From positions 215,326,001 to 215,390,000 of the forward strand of contig NC_091985.1 in the NCBI RefSeq assembly GCF_044704955.1: DNA of 64,000 nucleotides, written 5' to 3'. The position numbers were made by a program, and so were the translations under genes. This document shows, piece after piece, positions 52,738 to 64,000 of this stretch (within the stretch, counting starts at the first letter, position 1; each line of letters starts with the position of its first letter). Origin of the DNA: Pristiophorus japonicus (lineage: Eukaryota). A model generated the notes under the pieces. The model was not told the origin of the DNA. It saw nothing but the letters and a program-made list of their open reading frames with translations, and ran no database searches.

Positions 52738-53691
52738 TCAACACAATCTGGGACACACGGATTGTTAATGCGGGGACTCCTCTTTGCTTCCATTTAAAGT
52801 GTGTGAGGGTCCGCATGGAGCTGTGATTGGCTGCAACCCGACCGCCAATCAAGTTTGAACCAAGCACCGAGTGAAAATGAAGGGCGAGGAATACTGGGCC
52901 CTAATTGGCTGAACTGAAACTGACATTTGGTCAATTTCAAAAAGCCCGCCAATTTCAGAATATCAACCAACAGAGATTAAATAAAATCTAATTTCCCGCC
53001 AGCAATTTAAGAATCCCGCTCTTTATAACGGCGATTGTGCCCCATTATAAGTCACCAATCCCATTCTGTCACATTCCGGTTTGAATTATGTTCCATTCCC
53101 TGATCCGTCTGTACCGGGCGGGAATAAATCCGCGGTCACTGCTTCCTGTAAACATAAAGTCCCGCATCGATCCCGCCAGTGCCGTCCCACTTAACCGATT
53201 CTCACACAGAAACCTCACATGACAGGAATTATCTGTGAGGGGAGACTGTAATGTGTAAAGAGGACTGTGTATCCTGCCCGGTAATTGTGACTGTCAGCCG
53301 GAGTTTCTGATCTCTCATATTTACAATAGTTGTAAAATATTTAATAATTCCCATATTCCTAGAGACTACACTCCAAAAGTACTTCATTGGTCTTGTTCAT
53401 TGGATGTGGTCCTTGCGGCTGAGGGGGGGGCGGGGGTTGGGAGTGTGGAGGGGGCGTGGGGAGGTGATCAGCTGTGATCTTGTTGAATGGCGGTGCAGGC
53501 TCGAAGGGCCGAATGGCCTACTCCTGCACCTATTTTCTATTTTTCTGTGTCTTGAGACGTTCGGTGGTCGTGAAAGGCGCAATATAAATCCAAACCTTTC
53601 TTTCCATTAATTAAACAGCCGAAACCATTTCCCAACCAAACTGTCCGCGCTCCGATCCCCAGGTCGCTGCTCTCTCTGTGTGCCGGTGGGT

Positions 53692-53707
53692 GGCTCTTAG
53701 AAGAGCC
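53692..53707 (-). terminator. Histone 3' stem-loop (H4)
   Basis: GGCTCTTCTAAGAGCC-ACCCA on the - strand. Confidence 0.93.
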
Positions 53708-53742
53708 TTTGTGTTGTGTTTGGGGGAAAAGGGTCGAGTTAT

Positions 53743-54066
<324 letters not shown>

Positions 54067-54804
54067 TCACTTAAACTGCCGCTGAATGAGAAGTGAACTG
54101 CTGCCGGCTCCTTTTTATAGAGCCGGAGCCGACCTGACTGAGAAAGCGCAGAGTGAGAGAGGCGGGAAGGGGAGGAGACATAGTCAAGATTGACAGACAG
54201 AGCAGAGAGCGGCCTCTGATCTTCCAGCTTTCTGCAGCCGCTAATTTCAAACCGTTTTCCGACAATAGAACCGAAACAGACTCGGAATTTATATTCAAAG
54301 CTTCCAGGAACCTGAAGCTTTTAAATAAAGTCCCGCTACAATTAACAATCGCGAATATTCCCGCCTATATACAGCCCCTTCCCTGTCAATCTCAGACCTT
54401 GTTCCATCTCCCCACACTTCCTCTCACAGACGGGTTCAACAGTTTACAAACACCTTATTCCAGCTGATTTGGAGAATGTGGTGTTTGGGGTTTGAGTTGT
54501 GAGGCGGGGTATCTCCGCCAGTGTCACCGTCTCACAGACTCTCCCCCTGAATCTGTGAAATGACAATGACCAGGAACTGAGACTGGAGCTGAACACATCC
54601 CCAGTTACAGTGAGGCCCGGGCCGGACATCCCATTCTCTGTGTGTTTTATTGCAGACACTGGGGGAGGGGTGGGTGCAGCCAATGTCAGCGAGTCACCAG
54701 GGATCCTGGCTTCATGTTCAATGATTTCTGTCTGAAATCTGAGCCCGGCCCCGGGACAGGGATCATTTGATTCGGGGATCAACTCTTTTCTGAGAGGCGT
54801 GGGT

Positions 54805-54820
54805 GGCTCTGAGAAGAGCC
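54805..54820 (-). terminator. Histone 3' stem-loop (H1)
   Basis: GGCTCTTCTCAGAGCC-ACCCA on the - strand. Confidence 0.93.
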
Positions 54821-54855
54821 TTTGGGTTCAGATGTTTACAAGTTGCACTTTTTAT

Positions 54856-55554
54856 TTACTTTTTGAGCGCTGGTTTCTTGGGTTTTGTTGATTTGGCCTT
54901 GGCCCTCGGTTTTCCCACCTTTTTGGCCGCCTTCACCTTTGCGCCCGAGGCCTTCTTGGGGCTCTTGGGCTTCGCCGCTGCCGCCTTCTTCCCAGCCGCC
55001 GCTTTCGCTGACTTTTTTACTGTTAGCGCCTTCTTGGTGCTCGTTTTCTTGGCCGGAGATTTCTTGGCTGCTGGTTTCTTGGCCGGAGATTTCTTGGCTG
55101 CTGGTTTCTTGGCCGGAGATTTCTTGGCTGCTGGTTTCTTGGCTGGAGATTTCTTGGCTGCTGGTTTCTTGGCTGGAGAGTTCTTGGCTGCTGGTTTCTT
55201 CACCTTCCTTCCCACTTTCCCCTGGTTTTCCTTCTTAGCGACTTTGAAGGAGCCCGAGGCGCCCGTGCCCTTGGTCTGCAGCAGGAAGCCATTTGTCACA
55301 TTCCTCTTGATACTGAACCTGATCTGGGACCCGCGCTTCTCCACATCCACGCCTTTGGCCGCCAGAGCCTTCTTTATCGCGGCCAGAGACATCCCCTTGC
55401 GATCGCTGCCATCGGTCACAACCTTGAGGATCTGTTCGCCCAACGTGGGGCCGGCTGGCTTGGAGCGGGGAGCTGCCTTCTTCTTCTTGCGGGGGGCCTT
55501 GGCTTGAGCGGCGGCGGCAGAAGGAGCTGTTTCGGCGGCTGAAGTGTCAGTCAT
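54856..55554 (-). CDS. H1: Linker histone H1 (232 aa)
   Basis: [11 protein letters not shown]..., a globular domain ([13 protein letters not shown]...[13 protein letters not shown]) and a K/A/P-rich tail; AC box AAACACA and GC box upstream. Confidence 0.95.
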   Translation of the reverse strand: MTDTSAAETAPSAAAAQAKAPRKKKKAAPRSKPAGPTLGEQILKVVTDGSDRKGMSLAAIKKALAAKGVDVEKRGSQIRFSIKRNVTNGFLLQTKGTGASGSFKVAKKENQGKVGRKVKKPAAKNSPAKKPAAKKSPAKKPAAKKSPAKKPAAKKSPAKKPAAKKSPAKKTSTKKALTVKKSAKAAAGKKAAAAKPKSPKKASGAKVKAAKKVGKPRAKAKSTKPKKPALKK

Positions 55555-56717
55555 GTCGGCGACTCTGTGGAAAATCTCTCTGACAGTCAGAGCTCGGTCA
55601 GAAATGAAACGACGGGAGGCGGCGGCACAGAGCAACTTAAAGGCAGCGAGCGGACGGGGCGAGACATCCTGCTGTCAGCTCCCCGCCCCTCCAGCCTCTC
55701 TGTGTTTCTCTCTCCTCATTAACTGTCCGATTCCAATTCAACCCGGGCCCTCCAGATTTCCAGACTGGCCTCTTTCTGTCCCGAAGACCGGGATGTTTGT
55801 TATCGAGAAAGCTTCCTCCGAATTAATGGCAGCATTGCTGCACTGATCGCGCTCACTCACCCGATCGCGGACATTTTCTCTGTTTTTCGATTGAAATTTG
55901 AAATCACATCAAACTTGACGTTTAATTCCCACTTTAGACCTGAGCAGGGCAGCAGGGCGATCCTGTGACAGGAAAATCTTTGAATTTTACACAAGCGGGA
56001 CTCTGGAATCCGGCGATGACACAAACAAAGTGACATTCGTCTCACCGGCCCGCCCCTTTAACACACTCTCGCTCACACAATGTTCACATCTGCACATTCA
56101 CAGCACAAACTGTCCCAGATTTACAGCTCCCAGCACAGGGTTACCTCTCCGCTCGGCCTGTGCTGCCGATTCTCGGGGTTAGTTGTAGTTTCCTAGCTCA
56201 GTAAGTGTTAAACACTCTGAGGCCGGCGTTCCTCAGAGTGTCTGTTCCCCAGATTCAGGGGCAGGAGCCAATCACAGCAGAGGCTGGCTTAACCCATATA
56301 TGCTGTTAAGTTATTACATTGTTCGCACGCAGAAATATGTTTGATTAACGTGAAAATAGAAATTATGAGTTCACCGCCCCTCCACCCTCTCTTTGTCTCT
56401 CTCTCTCTCTCTCCTCCGAAAATGAGGGACATATAACAGTAACTGGTATCCTATCCATCCCATACTCACCACCCAGAGATGGCTATCAGAGGGAGCGACA
56501 GAGAGACAGACACAGAATCAGTCTTAAACTCCCTAACTGTGTCTCAATATTACTCTCAATAATAGTATCACACATTCATGTATAGCACCACCGAAAGAGA
56601 GAGAAAGAGACAGACACATTATCAGTCTTACACTTGGTATCAGTGTTTCCATATTACGCTCAGTAACAGTGCCACACCGTCATGTATAGCACCAGAGAGA
56701 GAAACAGAAACAGTATC

Positions 56718-57330
56718 ATAGAAACATAGAAAATAGGTGCAGGAGTAGGCCATTCGGCCCTTCAAGTTTGCACCACCATTCAATATGATCATGGCTGATC
56801 ATGCAACTTCAGTACCCCATTCCTGCTTTCTCTCCATACCCCTTGATCCCTTTCGCCGTAAGGGCCATATCTAACTCCCTTTTGAATATATCTAACGAAC
56901 TGGCCTCAACAAATTTCTGTGGTAGAAAATTCCACAGGCTCACAATTCTCTGAGTGAAGAAGTTTCTTCTCATCTCGGTCCTAAATGGCTTACCCCTTAT
57001 TCTTAAACCGTGACCCCCGGTTCTGGACATCCCCACCATCGGGAACATTCTTCCTGCATCTAACCTGTGCAATCCCGTCAGAATGTTATATGTTTCTATG
57101 AGATCCCCTCTCATTCTTCTAAATTCCAGTGAATATAAACCTAGTCTATCCAGTCTTTCTTCATATGACAGTCCTGCCATCCTGGAATCAATCTGGTGAA
57201 CCTTCGCTGCACTCCCTCAATAGCAAGAATGTCCTTCCTCAGATTAGGAGACCAAAACTGTACACAATATTCAAGGTGTGACCTCACCAAGGCCCTGTAC
57301 AACTGCAGTAAGACCTCCCTGCTCCTATAG
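56718..57330 (-). mobile_element. 5'-truncated CR1
   Basis: ORF2 C-terminus 56809-57180 and a tail. Confidence 0.9.
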
Positions 57331-58049
57331 TGTTGTACTCACAAGTGTTTCCACATCACGCGAAATAACAGTATCCCCCCTTCACAGACAGTACAAGAGA
57401 AAAGGATTGTAACAGAGTCAGAGATGGGGGAGAGTGCTAAGTGAGAGATCGGAGAGATCGAGGCAGGACGGTGAGACACAGAAAGACTTACACAGTATCT
57501 GTCCCAATTGATCTGTGAGGTCCGGTTTTATCCTGAAAGTTCCCATTGGGGAGACAGAAGATACAGTCCCCTCTCTCACTGATATTGTACCACATACAGA
57601 CACATTATTAATCCCACACTGCGGGACAGTGTCAGAGAGTGAGAGAAACAAGGTCCCACATTTAACCCTCGCTTGCCTGTTGTACTCCCTGTAATCTTGC
57701 AGCTCAGGGCCGTTCGGTATTACTCTCAGTAACCGAGTGTTTCACTCTGATTCAACTAAACTGGGACAGTTTCTGTCAGATATTAACTCCTGCACAGTCC
57801 CAGCAAACACTCCTACTCCGCCGTCCCTCCGATGTTTCGACAGGATTGTTTTGTGAAGACGGGCTCACGAAGAGAAAAACACCCTGCATAGAATGATCCC
57901 AAATTGAGCATCTCAAAGGGGCAAGGTTCCCAGCTTTAAACATTCTCTGTCCTTGCCCCCCCCAGGCCCAGTTCCTTTGCTCAGATTCTGATAAAAGTAA
58001 ATTTGGAAAAGTTCACTTTGATTTTTAAAGGCCGAATTATTGCAGCGAG

Positions 58050-59090
58050 CTGCGCGTGCGCGGATAAGCCCCGCCCCTTGGGTCGATTGCCAGTGAGCAG
58101 AAGAGCGCATACGCCCTCCCCTCCCCCAGCCCTGCCTGTGAGCGCCATTCACTCAGTGAGCGGAAGAAGGTGGTTTAAACAACCGGGAATTGAGTCACCG
58201 CGGCCCCGGGGTAAGGCAGCGAGCTGCAGCCTCCTTACAGCAGCACATCGCTTTAGGAGCGTGTCCGCAGATGGGCTCAGAGATCGGCACTGAGTCCGGG
58301 GGAAGTTCAGGGGGAGTCGGAGTCTGTGTGTAACAGGCGGAGTGGAGCAAGAACTGGTCTCAGTGCGTGGAGTGAGTGGGGGAAGGGAGAGGCCATTCTC
58401 GGGCTGTGTGTGGACAGCGTGTGTCCCGGGTAAGGGAGACAGAATGGGAAGGATCTGCTGTTGACAATCATTGCTGCTTTCTCCCTGCAAATCAGTAGTG
58501 AACGTTCCTGCTTTAGTTCCAGTCTCATCGTGTTTGTTGTCATTGGACAGCGAGCAGTGGAAGCAGAGCCGGACACTGAGGATTTATACAAGGAGCATCT
58601 ATTGCAGGCACCGGGTGAGAAATGTGAAGGACATGTTTTAAACAGTGGCTCTTTGTTTTTGGTTGAACGGTTAGTGCCCTGGGAGAGGGGAGTAGCAATC
58701 TGAGCTGTGTAAAAGTCCGTGCCCCATCGGGTAGTCCCATTCCTGAAGCAGGGCAGGGGTTGGGTTGTATCTGGATGTCAGTAAATTGCTGTAAATCTGC
58801 CCAACACACTTGGTGTGCAGAAGCTCAGTGCTGCAGAGGAGTCAGACACTGACACTGTTTGTATCGCTGGCTTCCCTTTGTGAATGTTCATAATGAATAT
58901 TAATTGAACGATTACATTAATCACTTTAGTCTTTTCTACCTCTCCTGTTCTTGAATGATCAGAGATACCTTATCCTCCTGCAGGCAAGGAATTGAAGGAA
59001 CTGGAACAAATGTGAAGTTTCCTCCACCTGAGACATAAGGAACAGTGCAACCAGCTCCTTCTCACACACAGTAGGTTCAGTACCGATCAC
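58050..59090 (+). other. Triplicated unannotated module, copy C (most diverged)
   Basis: Shares GTTTAAAC, CCTTACAGCAGC, GAGTGAGTGGGGGAAGGGAGAGGCCATTCTCGGGCTGTGTGTG, GCATCTATTGCAGGCACC and CAGCTCCTTCTCACACACAGTA blocks with copies A and B. Confidence 0.72.
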
Positions 59091-59124
59091 AGTGTGCGGG
59101 TACATCGACAGGTTATCCAAATTA

Positions 59125-60855
59125 AACATGTTTGTGGTGCTGAATGGCCTCCTCCTATTCCTGTGTAACAGGCCCGAGGGGGCTGATGGCCACCTCCTGT
59201 TCCTAAATTAACAGACTGGAGATACTGAGTGGCCTTCTCCTGTTCCTAATGTAATAAACACGAGGGGCTTAATGGCTTCCTCCTGTTAATATGTAACAAG
59301 CTCTCGGGGCAGAATGACCTTCCCCTGTACCTGTGTATCAGGTTAGAATAGGTTGAATAGCCTCCTTTAGTTCTTATGAATAGCCACTTCTATTCCTGTG
59401 TAACAGGTTCCAGGGGCTGAATAGCCTCCTCCAGTCCCGATGGAACAAGCTCGAGGGGCTGAATGCCTTCCTCCTGTTCCCATGAAACAATCCCATGGGG
59501 ATGATTGCCCTTGTCCTATTCCTAATGTAACAGACCCGAGGGGCAGAATTGTGTTGTCCTATTGCTTTTTAACTCCAGTTGCTGAATGGCCTTCTCCAGT
59601 TCCTAATGTAATCGGCTCAAGGAACTGAATGGCCTTCTCCAGTTCCTAATGTAATAGGCTTGAGGAGCTGAATGGCCTCCTCCAGTTCCTAATGTAATAG
59701 GCTCGAGGAGCTGAAAAGCCCTCTCCAGTTCCTAATGTAATAGGCTCGAGGAGCTGAATGGCCTCCTCCGGTTCCTAATGTAATAGGCTCGAGGAACTGA
59801 AAAGCCCTCTCCAGTTCCTAATGTAATAGGCTCGAGGAGCTGAATGGCCTCCTCCTCTTCCTATATAACATTCTTGACGGGTTCTATGGCCTTCTCCTGC
59901 TCCCATGTCACAGGGTCAAAGGGCTGAATGGCCTGCTCATGATCCTAATTAAACATGCTTGGGGGCTGAATGTCTTCCCCCTGTTTCTATACCACATGCT
60001 CGAGTGGCTGAATGTCCTCCCCCAGTTCCCATATAACATGCAGGAGGGGCTGAATGGCCTCCTCCAATTCCTCTAACAGGCTCGAGGGGATGAATGGTCA
60101 CCTCCTGTTCCTGGTTAACAGTTCCGAGGGGTGGAATTGGCCTACTCCTGTTCCTATGTAACAGACCCGAGGGACTGAGTGGTCTTCTCCTGTTCCTAAT
60201 GTAAGAAGCTCGAGGGGATGAAAAACATCCTGCTGTTCCCATGTCACAGAATCAAAGGCTGAGTGGTCTGCTCATGTTTCTAATGTTAGAGAGGCTGAAT
60301 GGTCTCCACTTCTTCCCACATAACAGAATGGAAGGGCTGAATGGCATTCTCCTGATCCAATGAAACAGGCTCGAGGGGAAGAATAGCCTCATCCTGTTCC
60401 TGTCTAACAACATTCGGTGCTGAACAGCCACTTTCTGTTCCTGTGTAATAAGTTAGATGGGATGAGTGGCCTCCTCCAATTGCATTATAACATGTGCAAC
60501 TGGCTTATTGGCCTCTTCCAGTTCCTATAACATTCTCGGTGGGCTGAATGGCCTCCTCCTGTTCCTATGTAACAGGTTCGAGGGACTGAATGGTCTCCCC
60601 CTGTTCCTTATGTAACACGTCGAGGGACTGAATGGCCTCCTCCAATTCTAATTTAACAGACTCTAGGAACTACATGGCCTCCTCCTGTTCCACTGTAACA
60701 GGCTCGAGGGACTGAATAGCCTCCCCCTGTTCCTTATGTAACAGACTTGTGGGACTGAATGGCCTCCTCCTGTTCCTTATGTATCAGGCTCGAGGGCCTG
60801 AATGGCCTCCCCCTGTTCCTTATGTAACAGGCTCGAGGGACTGAATGGCCTCCTG
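59125..60855 (+). repeat. Tandem array of 41-43 bp units derived from the CR1 3' terminus, about 40 copies
   Basis: Unit TGTAACAGGCTCGAGGGGCTGAATGGCCTCCTCCTGTTCCTA; 43-bp period at 59648, 59691 and 59734. Confidence 0.9.
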
Positions 60856-61224
60856 GATCCATGTGCTGTAAGGCCTCCGCAAGTTCCCAGATCCAGGGAC
60901 CGTTCTTCCCTGCTGTTTTGGAAATAGCATCGGGCAGTAAACAGGAGCTCAATGCTTCTTGCCCGCCAGCTCTCTGATCGGCTCCTCGCGCTGATTATGT
61001 TTTCTCATCTCGCTCAAACGTCACAAAATGTTGCTTTCTTTTCCATCACCTCTAGAGTTATTAGCCAAGTTTGCATCGAGCACATCGTGATCTCACCAGT
61101 AACAGCACTTTCCCGACGGTTATCCACGAGGCTGCTTCTGACATTTTCTTCTGCGTAAATGTTAACCACCGTAAGTAACTGAAAAATTTCATTTCTACAA
61201 CAACAACAAACATTTGCATTTATG

Positions 61225-62355
61225 ACAGATACAGCATGAATCTCACACTCACTCACTGTACCCCTGACTGTCAGATACAGAGTGAATCCCACACTCACTC
61301 ACTGTACCACTGACGCATAATAGCTCGTCTCTACTCGAAATATTTCTGAATCGCATTCATCCAATATAATGAGGAAAAAAAATTCACAGATATAGGATAA
61401 AACACACTAACATACCAGAAGCTGACAGATACAGAATAAATCCCACTCAGATACTAGAAAATGACAGGTTCAGAATAAAACCCACACTCACATACCGGAA
61501 ACTGACAGGTACAGAGGAAACACACGCTCACTTACCCCAGAATGAGAGATACAGAATAAAACCCACACTCTCATACCAGAAACTAACAGGTACAGAGGAA
61601 ACACACACTCACTTACCCCAGAATGAGAGATACAAAATGAATCCCACATTCACATTGCACAAACTGACATATAAAGATAAAAATCCACATTTGAATACCA
61701 GAAACTGACACCCTACACATCTACCACAAACTGACAGGTGCAGAAAAAAAACACAATCACATACCAGAAACTGGAGGTACATATTAATTCCTACACTCAC
61801 ACAGCAGTAACTGACCAGAACAGAATAAAATCCACATTCACAAAGCAAAAACTGACAGGTACAGAATATAATCAACACCCAGATTCCAGAAACTGTCAGG
61901 TACAGAATGCAATCCACACTTGGATACCAGAAAGTGACCGGTACAGATTAAAACCACAGTCACATATCAGAAACTGACAGGTACCGATTCAACCCCATAC
62001 TCCCATACCGGAATCTGATAGGTACAGAATAAAATCCATATTCCAATCCGAAAAACTGACAGATACTGGTCAATATCCACACTTACCTTCCAGAAGCTGA
62101 TGATATAGGTTAAAGTACACACTCAGATACCAGAAACTGACAGGTACAGAATAAAACCCACACTCACATACCAGAAACTGACAGGTACAGAATAAAACCC
62201 ATACTCGCATATCAAAACTTGACGGGTACACAATAAATCCCAACTCACACATAGCAGAGATTGACAGGTACAGAATAAATCTCTCACTCACTTCACAAAA
62301 ACTGACAGGTACAGAATAAAACACACACTCTGATACCAGAAACAGAGAGGTACCG
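61225..62355. repeat. 41-bp tandem array
   Basis: Same consensus as the other 41-bp arrays, with a unique interruption at about 61310-61385. Confidence 0.85.
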
Positions 62356-62429
62356 ATCACTCATTTCAAGGGGATCCTTCACTAGGAGATTGTTTATTAA
62401 TCCTATCTCATTACACAGGACCAGATCTA

Positions 62430-62625
62430 AGATAGCCAGCACTTCAGAGAGGGAGAGGAAACCAGTGATTGTAGAATTAAACCCAGCCAGAGTCAGCACC
62501 ATCAGGGGAGGGAAAGGGAAGGGAACAAGTGAGTTTAGAACTCAATTCGGCCAGAGTCAGCACCTTCAGGCGAGGAGAACCAGTGAGTGTAGAATTGAAC
62601 CCAGCCAGAGTCAGTACCTTCAGTA
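62430..62625. repeat. Short imperfect tandem repeat (AGAATTRAACCCAGCCAGAGTCAGCACCTTCAGG...AACCAGTGAGTGT), 3-4 copies
   Basis: Recurrent GCCAGAGTCAG cores. Confidence 0.7.
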
Positions 62626-62626
62626 C

Positions 62627-62904
62627 CTTACGCCTGATTTCCAAGTGTTTTTCTGAGCGTGCAAAAATCTACACTTACTCCATTCTAAGTTAGTTTGGAG
62701 TAAGTTTTCGCTGCCTAAACTTGCAAAACGGGCGTAAGTGGCCAGACACGCTCTCTTTTGAAAAAAAATCTGTTCTAAAATGAAACTGTTCTAACTCACT
62801 AGAACTGGAGCAAACTAAATGACGAGAATTGCAATTTCTAAGATACTCCATTCTAAACTAGTTGCTCCAAGAAAATAGGAGCAACTCAGGCCAAAACTTG
62901 ATCC
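62627..62904. mobile_element. Second copy of the interspersed-repeat end seen at 27.6-27.9 kb
   Basis: Direct similarity. Confidence 0.6.
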
Positions 62905-63001
62905 CACTAAGTGACACTCATGAGGAAAATTCAACAAGAACTTTCACTCATCTATTTTTAGGGATATCTTCCTTATTTTAAAAATAAATTAGAAAATAGT
63001 A

Positions 63002-63072
63002 GTGTTGTTGCAATAGTAATCCTGCTCAGTACAAGAGGAACCGCAGGTTCAAACATTTGGTGTATGTGCTTG
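63002..63072 (+). pseudogene. 28S rRNA fragment (sarcin-ricin loop region)
   Basis: GTAATCCTGCTCAGTACAAGAGGAACCGCAGGTTCAAACATTTGGTGTATGTGCTTG matches vertebrate 28S as recalled (AGTACGAGAGGAACC...CAGACATTTGG), with two substitutions in that stretch. Confidence 0.88.
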
Positions 63073-63079
63073 CACGGAC

Positions 63080-64000
63080 GTGTCAAGGAACGGAGGGCCT
63101 TGGAAGGCATGTTCACAGATCCCTGAAGGTAGCAGGACAGGTAGATAAGGTGGTTAAGAAGGCATACAGAATACTTGCCTTTATTATCCGAGGCGCAGAA
63201 TACAAGAGCAGCGAGGTTATGCTTGAACTGTATAAAACACTAGTTAGGCCACAGCTAGAGTACTGTGTGCAGTTCTGGTTACCACATTTCAGGAAAGATG
63301 TCATTGCACTAGAGAGGGTACAGAGGAGATTTAGGAGGATGTTATCAGGACTGGAGAATTTTAGTTATGAGGAAAGATTGGATAGGCTGGGGTTTTTTTT
63401 CTTTGTAACAGAGGAGGCTGAGGGGAGACCTAATTGAGGTGTATAAAATTATGAGGGGCCGAGATAGAGTGGATAGGAAGGACCTATTTCCCTTAGCAGA
63501 GGGTCAACAACCAGGGGGCGTAGATTTAAAGTGGTAGGATGTTTAGAGGGGAAATCTCTTCACCCAGAGGGTGGTGGGGGTCTGGAAACCACTGCCTGAA
63601 AGGATAGTAGAGACAGAAACCCTTGCAGCATTTAAAATGAACTTGGATTATGTATTTGAATTGTTGAGACCTACAAGGCCATGGACCAAGAGCTGAAAAG
63701 TGAGATTAGGCTGGATAGCTCTTTGTTGGCTGGCATGGACACGATGGGCTGAATGGCCTCCTTCAATGCTGTAAACTTCTGTGATTCTATGATCCTGTAC
63801 TGACAGTGATGAAGTTTGTAAATTATGAGAAATATAGAAGATTAAGGGGTGATGTAATTGAGGTGTTTAAGATGATTAAAGGAGTTGATTGGGTGGATGG
63901 AGAGAAACTATTTCCTCTGGTGAGGGAGTCCATAACAACGGGACACAACCTTAAAATCAGAGCTCGGCCATTCAGGGCTAATGTCAGGAAGCACTTCCTC
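63080..64000 (+). mobile_element. 5'-truncated CR1 (to about 63790) followed by another CR1 fragment
   Basis: ORF 63057-63437 includes [17 protein letters not shown]; tail at about 63745-63790. Confidence 0.85.

Overview
Vertebrate genomic DNA, most likely a cartilaginous fish (inferred from the CR1, Deu-SINE and ZNF style). The window is dominated by CR1 LINEs of several ages, many nested, plus L2, RTE and SINE copies and several tandem arrays (27, 41, 43 and 78 bp units). It starts with a C2H2 zinc-finger gene and pseudogene. From about 42 to 56 kb there is a replication-dependent histone cluster: intact H2B, H2A, H4 and H1, an H3 lacking its ATG, and H2B/H2A/H4 pseudogenes, all with 3' stem-loops. 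The most striking feature is at 45540-46235. Two diverged, A-tailed copies of a chimeric U2-U1-U2 snRNA-derived element sit in tandem in codons 5-9 of an H2B gene, each bounded by the same 14-bp target sequence. This suggests a histone-H2B-targeting, snRNA-derived SINE-like retroposon. Other oddities are a 28S rRNA-CR1 chimera, a satellite built from the CR1 3' tail, and a triplicated unannotated promoter/exon module. All calls were made by eye; repeat boundaries are approximate.
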